From: Bacteroidota bacterium
GTDB lineage: Bacteria; Bacteroidota; Bacteroidia; AKYH767-A; OLB10
NCBI GenBank assembly: GCA_031423735.1
Contig: JANPGA010000023.1
Coordinates: 1 to 35,166, forward strand
Length of the DNA: 35,166 nt
Direction of reading: 5' to 3'
Part shown: piece by piece, positions 8,773 through 17,315 of the stretch
How positions within the stretch are numbered: the stretch's first letter is position 1
How the letters are laid out: each line of letters starts with the position of its first letter
Notes under the pieces: generated by a model
Told to the model about the DNA's origin: nothing
Databases searched by the model: none
Seen by the model: only the letters and a program-made list of their open reading frames with translations
Made by a program: the position numbers and the translations under genes

Positions 8773-10140
8773 TTACTTAACCCCATATTGCGAAAGCAGC
8801 CACACTAAGGATGTGATACTTGCAGCACCTAACTCAAGTTCACGTTTACTTACTCTATCGAAGGTATCCAATGCAGAATGATGAATATCAAAATATCTTT
8901 GTGGGTCGGGGCTAAAGCCGATTAACATGGTTCCTTGATCTTCTAATGGATTAATATCAGAACCACCATATCCATTTACCCAATCATGTAAACCATATTG
9001 GGTAAACATTTTTTTGTATGAAATTAATTTTTGTATTTGAATAGAGTCTCCATTAAAAGTGAATCCTCGTGGGGTAAATCCACCTTCGTCACTTTCAATT
9101 GCAGCAATATGATTTTCCCTTTTTTGCTTTGCTACTTCCGCATATTTCTTTCCGCCACGTAATCCATTTTCTTCATTCATAAATGCAACGCATCGTATTG
9201 TTCGCTTAGGATGAAGATTGAGCGCTTTAAATAAATTTAATACTTCCATCGATTGAACTACTCCTGTACCATCGTCAGAAGCACCCTGAGCTAAATCCCA
9301 AGAATCAAGATGTCCTCCGATAATAATTATTTCATCAGGAAACTCAGATCCTTTAATTTCACCAATAACATTATAAGAAACTACTTCATCAAGAGTAGCG
9401 CATGTTTGAAGAAAATAAAAATTTAATGAAGGATCGTGTTTTAATGAAGTACTAAGAAGATCCGCACCGTATGTACTTATTGCACATGTAGGAATTTTTG
9501 CAATTGAATCAACATATCCCATGGCACCTGTATGAGGATAATCATCAATAGAAACATTCATTGATCGTACTACAACAGAAATTGCTCCTAATGCTGCGGC
9601 TTTACTTGCAGTTGCATAACGATACTTTGCAGATTCGCCATAAGATTCAAAAGGATTTATGTGCTTCGGATTCATTGCATGATTTAAAAAAACAATTTTA
9701 CCCGATATTTTTTCCTTACCTAGCTTATTCATTTCCTCCCAATCATACACTTCAATCAATTGTGATGTGACACCCTTTTCACCAGTACCTATGCTGCCTC
9801 CTAATGCACATATTTTATAGGGTACTTTTTTACCATTTACTAAAGTCCATGCTTGTTCCTTTTCACCGCGTACCCAATGTGGGACCATCATCTCTTGCTT
9901 ATAAGATTTATCAATTTGTAATTTTGAAAGTTCATCATTTACATATTCAACCGCTTTTGCAGCATTATCAGACCCTGTTAATCGTGATCCAATTGAATTA
10001 CATAAATGATCTAACCACGAATAAGCTTTCCCATTCGTTAATGCTTCATCGTAAATTTTACGAATAATTAATGAATCATTATTTTGAGCATGTGAGATAC
10101 ATGGTAATAAAAAAGCAAGTAATAGAAATCTTCGAAACAT
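8773..10140 (-). CDS. Secreted M28-family zinc aminopeptidase with PA domain
   Basis: Signal peptide MFRRFLLLAFLLPCISHAQ. Zn-ligand region IIIIGGHLDSWDLAQGASDDGTGV, ...FMNEENGLRGG, and a PA-like insert (GKIVFLNHAM). Confidence 0.88.
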   Translation of the reverse strand: MFRRFLLLAFLLPCISHAQNNDSLIIRKIYDEALTNGKAYSWLDHLCNSIGSRLTGSDNAAKAVEYVNDELSKLQIDKSYKQEMMVPHWVRGEKEQAWTLVNGKKVPYKICALGGSIGTGEKGVTSQLIEVYDWEEMNKLGKEKISGKIVFLNHAMNPKHINPFESYGESAKYRYATASKAAALGAISVVVRSMNVSIDDYPHTGAMGYVDSIAKIPTCAISTYGADLLSTSLKHDPSLNFYFLQTCATLDEVVSYNVIGEIKGSEFPDEIIIIGGHLDSWDLAQGASDDGTGVVQSMEVLNLFKALNLHPKRTIRCVAFMNEENGLRGGKKYAEVAKQKRENHIAAIESDEGGFTPRGFTFNGDSIQIQKLISYKKMFTQYGLHDWVNGYGGSDINPLEDQGTMLIGFSPDPQRYFDIHHSALDTFDRVSKRELELGAASITSLVWLLSQYGVK

Positions 10141-10226
10141 AATAATTTTGATTATAGATCAAAAGTAGTGTTTCTAACTATACAGTCAAAATGAGTAATA
10201 AAAACTATTTTTAAAAAATGTAGTAA

Positions 10227-11321
10227 CTACGCTCTTGAACCTTGAATGGACTTTTTATTTACTTGTCCACCCATTTTCTTATAAATGTTCGCGAGTTTGG
10301 TCATCACTAAAGTATTGATCGTTATCATTCCTAGGCAAACACTCATTAATAAAAATAGGTTGATATTTAGTTTGCTAAAAACAATTGCCATTCCAACAAA
10401 AATCAAATTTATAATTACAATTATAATTGTTGTAATACGATGCCCAAAGCCTCTCGATCCTATCATATGATGAACATGATTTCTATCTGCTCTAAGAGGA
10501 GAAACGCCTGTTAAAATTCGTATAACACATACTCTTATTACATCATATACAGGAACAAATAAAACAGCAGCAACTAATGCGGGACTAATAATTGATACTT
10601 TAGCATTTGGAATTTCTCTTATATCTAAAAGGTTTATTGCTTGAGTGGCTAATAAAAATCCTAAAATTAAAGAACCTGTATCTCCCATAAATAATTTCGC
10701 GGGATGATAGTTATATTTTAAAAATCCAACTAAAGCACCTGTCATGCAGAACGAAAGGATAGCATAATCAGTATATTCAAACTGGTAAAATAACCAACCA
10801 AATATTAAGGATGCCATAACTCCTAAACTACCTGCCAATCCATCAATCCCATCCACTAAATTGTATGCATTTGTGATACTAACAATAAATAGAATCGTTA
10901 CTGAATATTGTAGCCAAATAGGAATTTCATTTATGCCTAAAAATCCATATAAATTAGTAATACGTATTCCACCAAATACCACAATTGAAGAGGCAATAAT
11001 TTGAAGTGCTAATTTTTTCTTCGCATTCATGTCAAGCAAATCATCAAAAAATCCAGTGAAAAATAAAATCAATGATCCAGCTATTAAATATTGAATAGGC
11101 TGATTTGAAAGTTGCTTACTTAGCAATAAAAAAGAAATAATAATTCCAGCATAAATAGCTAAGCCTCCCATTGTAGGAACACTCTCATGATGCAACTTAC
11201 GGTCATCTGTTTTTTCAAATAAGTTCCACTTTTTACATACATTTATCCACGATGGAATAACCAGCATTGTAATAATTAATGAAATAATAAATGGTAAAAA
11301 TATTGTCATTAGAAAACTCAT
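10227..11321 (-). CDS. MraY/WecA-family (GT4) polyprenyl-phosphate HexNAc-1-phosphate transferase, copy 2 (last gene of the polysaccharide/T9SS block)
   Basis: 364-aa polytopic ORF with NAYNLVDGIDGLAGS, FMGDTGSLILG and FFDD. It is a paralog of 824..1894, alignable by eye over most of its length. It starts 2 nt after the stop of the PorP/OmpA gene. Confidence 0.88.
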   Translation of the reverse strand: MSFLMTIFLPFIISLIITMLVIPSWINVCKKWNLFEKTDDRKLHHESVPTMGGLAIYAGIIISFLLLSKQLSNQPIQYLIAGSLILFFTGFFDDLLDMNAKKKLALQIIASSIVVFGGIRITNLYGFLGINEIPIWLQYSVTILFIVSITNAYNLVDGIDGLAGSLGVMASLIFGWLFYQFEYTDYAILSFCMTGALVGFLKYNYHPAKLFMGDTGSLILGFLLATQAINLLDIREIPNAKVSIISPALVAAVLFVPVYDVIRVCVIRILTGVSPLRADRNHVHHMIGSRGFGHRITTIIIVIINLIFVGMAIVFSKLNINLFLLMSVCLGMITINTLVMTKLANIYKKMGGQVNKKSIQGSRA

Positions 11322-11323
11322 AA

Positions 11324-13183
11324 TTATTGCTTCTTAGTTTTTACTACGTGAATTTCAACTCTTCGATTATGAGCTCGTCCTTGCTCTTCAATATTATTTG
11401 CTATAGGCATTGTTTCGCCGTATGCAACAGTAATAATCCTATCTTCTGTTAATCCCTTTTTAATAAAAATTGCTTTAACAACATCTGCTCGAGCTTGCGA
11501 TAAGTTCATATTAAATGTTGCATCACCTTCACCATCGGTATGTCCTGTAATTACTAATTTATAATTACTATTATAATAAACGCTATCCAGTGCAGGCTCT
11601 ATGATATCTAACTTATAAATACCTCTTACATCGATACTATTTGTAGCGAATTCGATATTTCCACCTGGAACTTCAACAGGAACATTTTCTTCAACTTCAG
11701 GACAACCATTTCCACCCTTTTTACCACCAACAAATGGACAAGGATCTTTTGCATCAGCAATGCCATCATCATCCGAATCAGGACAGCCATGCATTGACAA
11801 CTTTCCTTTTATGTAAGGACACTCGTCAACATTATTCGGAACACCATCATTATCTGAATCAAGAATTATTTCTGTAATTTCAGGAATAGTTGGCGCGATA
11901 ACAGGAATCGGAGTTGTAACAACTGGCTCAATAGTTTTAATTGGAATCTCAACCTTTGGTTTTTCAACGATTTTAGCTACAGGTATTAGTACTGGTATTA
12001 CTGATTTTTTTGTTGGTGCTTTCTTATGATGGGTTCCTGTAGGTTTCCCTGGAATTACTTTCTTAACTTTTGCAGGACATCCTTTCATTTTAAATACACC
12101 AGCAACATCTGGACAAGCATCTTTTTTATCTTCAACACCATCTCCATCACTATCTAAAGGAACAATAACTTCATTTGTTTTGCTGGAAGGTTTTGTATCC
12201 TTCTCTTCTTTCTCCTTCTTAGGAGTTGGCTTAGACTTAACTTTTGCTTTCGGAATATAAGTTAGCGTTAACTCAAAAGCGCCTGGACCACCTGTTAATC
12301 CAGAAACATTTACATCGTAACTAACACCAACCATAAAACTATTCATTTGATAACCTACGTATGCTGAAACCGCGTCATCTTTACGATGGAAAACACCAGC
12401 TTCAACATGTGTTCGTTCTTGCATTGGTAACTTAGCAATAAAACCATACATCAGTTCTTTTGAAAATTGTTGTTGTTGATACATAAACATTGGAATTAAA
12501 TCCAATTGCTCATTTACATGAATTCCAACACCACCTTGCATTACCAATTTCCGAGGAATAATATTTGGTGTTTCAATAAAAGTTTCCTTCGATTGATTAA
12601 TATGTTGAAATGCTGCACCCGCATATGGATGTAGTCTATTGTTCTTTTCTTTACCATATGTCCATAGAAAACCAACACCAAAATCTGGTCGTGTTAATTT
12701 GGTATAAGAAAATGTTTCACTAGTTGGATTAGAAGGATTATACCCTTGATCAGGATTATACTGATCATCAAAAGTCATTTTTGAAGGATCAAAACTTTTT
12801 TGAATTAACCCAACTTGAATCCCGCTTGCTAATTGATGATTACGATAAGAAACACGATAAGATAAAGTTCCATTTACATATAACTGTCGGATACCTGCAT
12901 CGCCAGAAGTGTTATTAATTAATGTTGCTCCTAAACCAACTTTACTAACTTGCTTATCAAAAAATATTGACTGAGTAACAAATGGACTAGTAACACTTGC
13001 CCATTGATTTCGATACAATCCAGTTAATCTAATATGTTCTACATCTTGACCTGTGGAAGCAGGATTATAATAAGTTGGTATCCTATGAAATTGTGTAAAA
13101 TGTGGATCTTGGCCATATACGATTACGACTAGCATAACAAATGCTAATGTGAATTTCGAAATAGATTTTAAGGAATTGATCAT
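11324..13183 (-). CDS. PorP/SprF-family T9SS outer-membrane protein fused to thrombospondin type-3 repeats and a C-terminal OmpA peptidoglycan-binding domain
   Basis: N-terminus ...VYGQDPHFTQFHRIPTYYNPA is the PorP/SprF signature; a beta-barrel-like region runs to ~aa 310. Then come Lys/Pro-rich linkers and three TSP3 motifs (DSDGDGVEDKKDACPD, DSDNDGVPNNVDECP, DSDDDGIADAKDPCP). OmpA_C follows (LVITGHTDGEGDATFNMNLSQARADVV...NRRVEIHV). The start overlaps the stop of the upstream cargo gene (ATGA at 13180-13183). Confidence 0.85.
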   Translation of the reverse strand: MINSLKSISKFTLAFVMLVVIVYGQDPHFTQFHRIPTYYNPASTGQDVEHIRLTGLYRNQWASVTSPFVTQSIFFDKQVSKVGLGATLINNTSGDAGIRQLYVNGTLSYRVSYRNHQLASGIQVGLIQKSFDPSKMTFDDQYNPDQGYNPSNPTSETFSYTKLTRPDFGVGFLWTYGKEKNNRLHPYAGAAFQHINQSKETFIETPNIIPRKLVMQGGVGIHVNEQLDLIPMFMYQQQQFSKELMYGFIAKLPMQERTHVEAGVFHRKDDAVSAYVGYQMNSFMVGVSYDVNVSGLTGGPGAFELTLTYIPKAKVKSKPTPKKEKEEKDTKPSSKTNEVIVPLDSDGDGVEDKKDACPDVAGVFKMKGCPAKVKKVIPGKPTGTHHKKAPTKKSVIPVLIPVAKIVEKPKVEIPIKTIEPVVTTPIPVIAPTIPEITEIILDSDNDGVPNNVDECPYIKGKLSMHGCPDSDDDGIADAKDPCPFVGGKKGGNGCPEVEENVPVEVPGGNIEFATNSIDVRGIYKLDIIEPALDSVYYNSNYKLVITGHTDGEGDATFNMNLSQARADVVKAIFIKKGLTEDRIITVAYGETMPIANNIEEQGRAHNRRVEIHVVKTKKQ

Positions 13184-16125
13184 CGTATTACAGTAATTGA
13201 TCCTGTTAATTCCTTAGTAATATTTGTTTGATCCAAAATGCGTATTCGATAAACATAAGTTGCATTTTGAACATTTTCACCATTTACTTTTCCGTCCCAA
13301 TCAGGTCGAGAAGCATCTGTACAATAAATAAGAGTTCCCCATTGATCATAAATTTTCATTTCTTGAAAAGAAAATTGATCCCCACGAACTCGAAATATAT
13401 CGTTCTTTCCGTCTCCATTAGGACTAAATGTTGTTGGAATAAATAATGAATTATTATTATGAATATTTACAGTTTTAAAAATACTATCACTACATCCATT
13501 TATATTTTTGGAAATCAAAATAACATTAAAATCTCCAGTACTTTGATAAGTATAAACAGGATTCAAATTGTAACTTACATTTCCTGCAATTGTTGTATCA
13601 CCAAAATACCAAACTTGCGAATCTGCATTTGTTGTACTATTCAAAAACACAGTTGGGTAAAGCCCACTTTGAGGAGTAGTTGTTGTTGTAAAACTACAAA
13701 TTGGAGTAGGAAGAGGATCAACATTTAAAACAGCTCTGCCTAATGATCTACATCCGTTAGCACCAATTGATTCAATAAAATAAGAAACAGAACTTGTAAC
13801 AGGAGGTGTTTGATAATTATCTGAAACGAGAAATGATGTTCCTCCAACTGCTTTAGTAAACCATGAAAAACTATTTCCGTTGACATTAGGAATTTGCAAA
13901 TCAACAACAGTTCCTTTGCAAACAGAAGTATCAGAAACATTTGCTAATTGTGGTGCAGAAAAAACAGTAACCAATATTGAATCAGAATAAATAACTCCGT
14001 TTGTTTGTGAAATTCCTACTTTATAATATCCACTATCAGTTGCTAAATATTGCTGACTGGTTGCTCCATTAATTGCTAATCCATTATAAAACCATTGATT
14101 TCCTGTTGGAAAAAGTGAAGATAATTGAACATTATTTCCTTCGCAAAAAGAAGTTACTCCGTTTGCAGTAAGAAGTGAGCTAGAAGCTATAACAATTACT
14201 TGAACAGGTATTGAAGAAACGTTACATCCATTGACTCCAATAGAATTTACAAAATAATTTCCCGCAGTTTTAATATATACTGAGTTTCCAGTTTGTGCAT
14301 TCGACCATTGATAATTACTTCCACCATTTGCAGTTAATAAAATTGAGTCACCTTGGAATATAGTTACTATTCCTGTTGGTGTAATAGTGGGAATTGATAC
14401 TGAAAAATTTGTAATAGCAATTGTAGTTGATTTTGTTGAACATCCAAAAGCATTGGTAACGGTTACGAAATAGGATCCTGCTGGAACTTTAATAGTTTGT
14501 GTGGTTGCACCTGTTGACCAAATCCATGATGAACCAATTGATGCGGTGAGTTGCAAAGAATCATTTGGACAAATGGTAGTGGTTGTAGATGTAATTGTAG
14601 CGATTGGCGACGTTTGAGTTGTAATTACTATTGGTGATGATATGCCTTTACATCCGCTTGAATTTGTGACAGTAACCGAAAACGAACCTGCAGTTGTTAC
14701 ATAAATATTTTGAGTGGTACTATTATTCGACCATAAGTAGGATGATCCTATAGGTGCTGATAATTTAACAGAATCTCCTTGGCATAGCGATGTTCCATTA
14801 CTTGATGATATAACTGGAGTAAATACAGGTAATACCGTAACAGTAACAGTATTTGATGATGCTAAAGCACCATTTGAATCATATGCTGTACAAGTAAGTA
14901 TATGTGATCCTGATGATAATCCAGCAATTGAAACAACACCATTCGCTGAGCTTCCAACAATTGTAGTTCCTTCCTTAAAAGTATAATTTGTTAAACCACT
15001 CGGGCTGGCATTTAAATGAAGACTGTCGCCAAAGCATAAAGAGGAGTTACCAGTATTAGTTAATGAGATTGTAGTTGGAGATTGGAAAGAAACTTTTCGT
15101 ATTAAATGATTATTACAATCCGCTACATATAAACATTTATCGAAAGTATTGAAAGTAATTCCTGCGGCATTATTAAAACGTGCAGCTGCTCCAGTTCCAT
15201 CTACAGATCCACTTAAACCAGGAGTCCCTACATAAGTAGTAACTGCTCCAGCTGAAGATATTTTTCGTATTGTAAAATTATATCCATCTAAAATAAATAT
15301 ATTATTAAAAGCATCAATTGTTACATCCCAAGGATAATTGAATTGCGATGCTAACGCTGTTCCATCTATACTTCCTACAAGTCCTTGCCCTGCGAAAGTT
15401 GTTACCAGACCAGCAGGAGTAATTTTACGTAAAATATTATTCCATTCATCTGCAACGATAATATTAAAATTATTATCAAGTTCAATTCCATAAGGATGAT
15501 TGAAAGTTGCTGCTAAGCCTAGTCCATTAATAGCGCCTGCCACATAAACTGTTCCTGCAAAAGTTGTTGTTTGTCCGTTAAATATTTTACGAATAACGTG
15601 CGTATTATAATCTGCAACATATATTGTGTTCCCATCAGGGGTTACTGTTATACCACTTGAAAAACCAAATTTCGCAACACTATTTGCTCCGTTGGTAGTT
15701 CCAAAAACTCCTGTTCCAGCTATAGTACTAACAACACCTACACTATTTATTTTTCGAATTTTATAACTCTTTGTATCTGCAATGTAAACATTCCCTAAGG
15801 TATCGCATGTAACTCCCCATGGTTCATTAAAAGTAGCAACATTACCAGGTCCATCATTACTTCCTGGTGATCCAGTTCCTGCGAAAGTTGAAACAACACC
15901 AGAAGAATTTATTTTTCTAATTAAATTATTATATCGATCAGCAATATAAACATTACCTAATTTATCGGCAGCAATTCCGTGTGGATTATTAAATCTTGCA
16001 CTAGTTCCATTACCGTTAATATTCCCAACAACTCCAGTACTACCAGCTATGGTAGATACAACTTGACCTTCCGTAACGGAAATACAACTTACAAATATTA
16101 ATAACGAAAGTAAAATTATTCTCAT
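13180..16125 (-). CDS. Large T9SS-secreted surface protein: six NHL repeats, ~6 Ig-like repeats, a PKD domain and a type B (CHU_C / gliding-motility-associated) C-terminal sorting domain
   Basis: Signal peptide MRIILLSLLIFVSC. Six units of the form FNxPxG(I/V)xxDxxGNxY(I/V)ADxxNxxIRKI (aa ~20-347, DNA ~15085-16068). Repeats of C-x-G-D-S-x-x-L...Y-x-W...G-x-Y-x-V-x-V-T-N-x-x-G-C. PKD-like WYFGDTT...YTYQSTGDFNVILISKNINGCSD. C-terminus FIPTTFSPNGDGKNDIFRVRG...KIYDQWGTLIY...WDGKVNGENVQNATYVYRI (DNA ~13183-13458). Confidence 0.88.
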   Translation of the reverse strand: MRIILLSLLIFVSCISVTEGQVVSTIAGSTGVVGNINGNGTSARFNNPHGIAADKLGNVYIADRYNNLIRKINSSGVVSTFAGTGSPGSNDGPGNVATFNEPWGVTCDTLGNVYIADTKSYKIRKINSVGVVSTIAGTGVFGTTNGANSVAKFGFSSGITVTPDGNTIYVADYNTHVIRKIFNGQTTTFAGTVYVAGAINGLGLAATFNHPYGIELDNNFNIIVADEWNNILRKITPAGLVTTFAGQGLVGSIDGTALASQFNYPWDVTIDAFNNIFILDGYNFTIRKISSAGAVTTYVGTPGLSGSVDGTGAAARFNNAAGITFNTFDKCLYVADCNNHLIRKVSFQSPTTISLTNTGNSSLCFGDSLHLNASPSGLTNYTFKEGTTIVGSSANGVVSIAGLSSGSHILTCTAYDSNGALASSNTVTVTVLPVFTPVISSSNGTSLCQGDSVKLSAPIGSSYLWSNNSTTQNIYVTTAGSFSVTVTNSSGCKGISSPIVITTQTSPIATITSTTTTICPNDSLQLTASIGSSWIWSTGATTQTIKVPAGSYFVTVTNAFGCSTKSTTIAITNFSVSIPTITPTGIVTIFQGDSILLTANGGSNYQWSNAQTGNSVYIKTAGNYFVNSIGVNGCNVSSIPVQVIVIASSSLLTANGVTSFCEGNNVQLSSLFPTGNQWFYNGLAINGATSQQYLATDSGYYKVGISQTNGVIYSDSILVTVFSAPQLANVSDTSVCKGTVVDLQIPNVNGNSFSWFTKAVGGTSFLVSDNYQTPPVTSSVSYFIESIGANGCRSLGRAVLNVDPLPTPICSFTTTTTPQSGLYPTVFLNSTTNADSQVWYFGDTTIAGNVSYNLNPVYTYQSTGDFNVILISKNINGCSDSIFKTVNIHNNNSLFIPTTFSPNGDGKNDIFRVRGDQFSFQEMKIYDQWGTLIYCTDASRPDWDGKVNGENVQNATYVYRIRILDQTNITKELTGSITVIR

Positions 16126-17315
16126 GCTACAATCGTATTGTTTTCCACATTTGAAATAACTTTCTCTTCATGTTGATTAGCTACTTTTTCGGTTAACAAA
16201 TCAACAACTGACATGTCGGTTCCTTCGAAAGCCATTGCATACATATTTGTAACTCTTTTCCAAGTATATTTTTCCTTTGCAAACTTTTCTAGTTTTGATG
16301 AAATTTCGAATTTCTTAAAATTATCTAGGGTATCGATAATATTTAACAATTCCTCAGCATTTCTAAAATAAACAGTATCATGATTGGTAGTTTCTCGATT
16401 GTAGGAAATATTAAACGCTACAACACATAATCCTAATCCCATTGCTTCAACTAGTGAAGGATTTGTACCTCCTGCACTATGCCCATGAATATATAAAGAA
16501 GCGTTCGATCTAATAATATTTAATTCAGTTTGATTATAAATTGGATCTAGCAGATGTATATTTGAAAAGGTCGAATATTTATTTTTTAATTGAACACCAT
16601 AATTTCCATGGTCCCATAATCCAACAATAACTAATGTTTGATTTGGTCGATTTGAATATGCTTCAAGAATTAAATCCACATTGTTTTCGGGTTCGATTCT
16701 ACAAACATTAAAAGCATAAGGTTTTGAAAGAAAACTATATTTTTGAATTGCTTCGGAAGTCCTTTTTTCTTTTACTACATGATCTGATCCATATTCAATC
16801 AACCATGTATCTTTACGTTTATAGCGATCCTCTACATATTCACGAATGATTCGATTATCTGCAATAACAATATCAGAAAGTTGTACAGCTAATTTTTCAC
16901 AAAAACGAAGTGTCTTCTTTGCAAACCAATTCCATTTCGGACGCTTCCATTCTTGACCGTCAATATTTACTAAAATAGGTTTATTTGTAAATAATTTTAC
17001 AAAAGGAAGAATCATTGCACCAGAAACTCCTAGTAATAAAAGTACATCGCTATTTCTTATTGCGTGAATTACTGAGCAGATATCATAAATTATACTTTGA
17101 TAACCATTTGCATTAAAAGGTAGATAAACAAGTTTAGCACCATTAAAAGTAGTAGGTCGGGATTGCTTTTTAGCAAAATACTTTTCACTACAATAAACAG
17201 TAATGTCGAATCGCGTATTTAAACGATCAACGAGATGATGTGCTAAAGTTTCGAACCCGCCATATTTTGCTGGTAAGCCTGTTGTGCCTATAATTGCAAC
17301 GCGTTTATTCCGCAT
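16122..17315 (-). CDS. GT4-family glycosyltransferase with DUF1972-type N-terminal domain (WchF/GacB/RgpA-like second-sugar, often rhamnosyl, transferase)
   Basis: N-terminus VAIIGTTGLPAKYGGFETLAHHLV matches the IGxRGxPAxYGGFETF signature I recall for DUF1972. C-terminal GT1 domain HGHSAGGTNPSLVEAMGLG. The stop overlaps the cargo gene start (ATGA at 16122-16125). Sugar specificity is not determinable from sequence. Confidence 0.8.
   Translation of the reverse strand: MRNKRVAIIGTTGLPAKYGGFETLAHHLVDRLNTRFDITVYCSEKYFAKKQSRPTTFNGAKLVYLPFNANGYQSIIYDICSVIHAIRNSDVLLLLGVSGAMILPFVKLFTNKPILVNIDGQEWKRPKWNWFAKKTLRFCEKLAVQLSDIVIADNRIIREYVEDRYKRKDTWLIEYGSDHVVKEKRTSEAIQKYSFLSKPYAFNVCRIEPENNVDLILEAYSNRPNQTLVIVGLWDHGNYGVQLKNKYSTFSNIHLLDPIYNQTELNIIRSNASLYIHGHSAGGTNPSLVEAMGLGLCVVAFNISYNRETTNHDTVYFRNAEELLNIIDTLDNFKKFEISSKLEKFAKEKYTWKRVTNMYAMAFEGTDMSVVDLLTEKVANQHEEKVISNVENNTIVA

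Noticed and set aside
9561-10067. Two plus-strand ORFs (69 and 87 aa) inside the M28 peptidase gene. The same applies to the similar short antisense ORFs at 2405-2596, 2625-2828, 7984-8217, 10285-10470, 13228-13940, 19519-19839, 19947-20168, 21654-21851, 23500-23706, 26715-27302, 28437-29169, 32753-33007, 33596-33841 and 34826-35029.
   Set aside because: All are short, low-complexity or off-frame/antisense within strongly supported longer genes. This is typical of AT-rich DNA.
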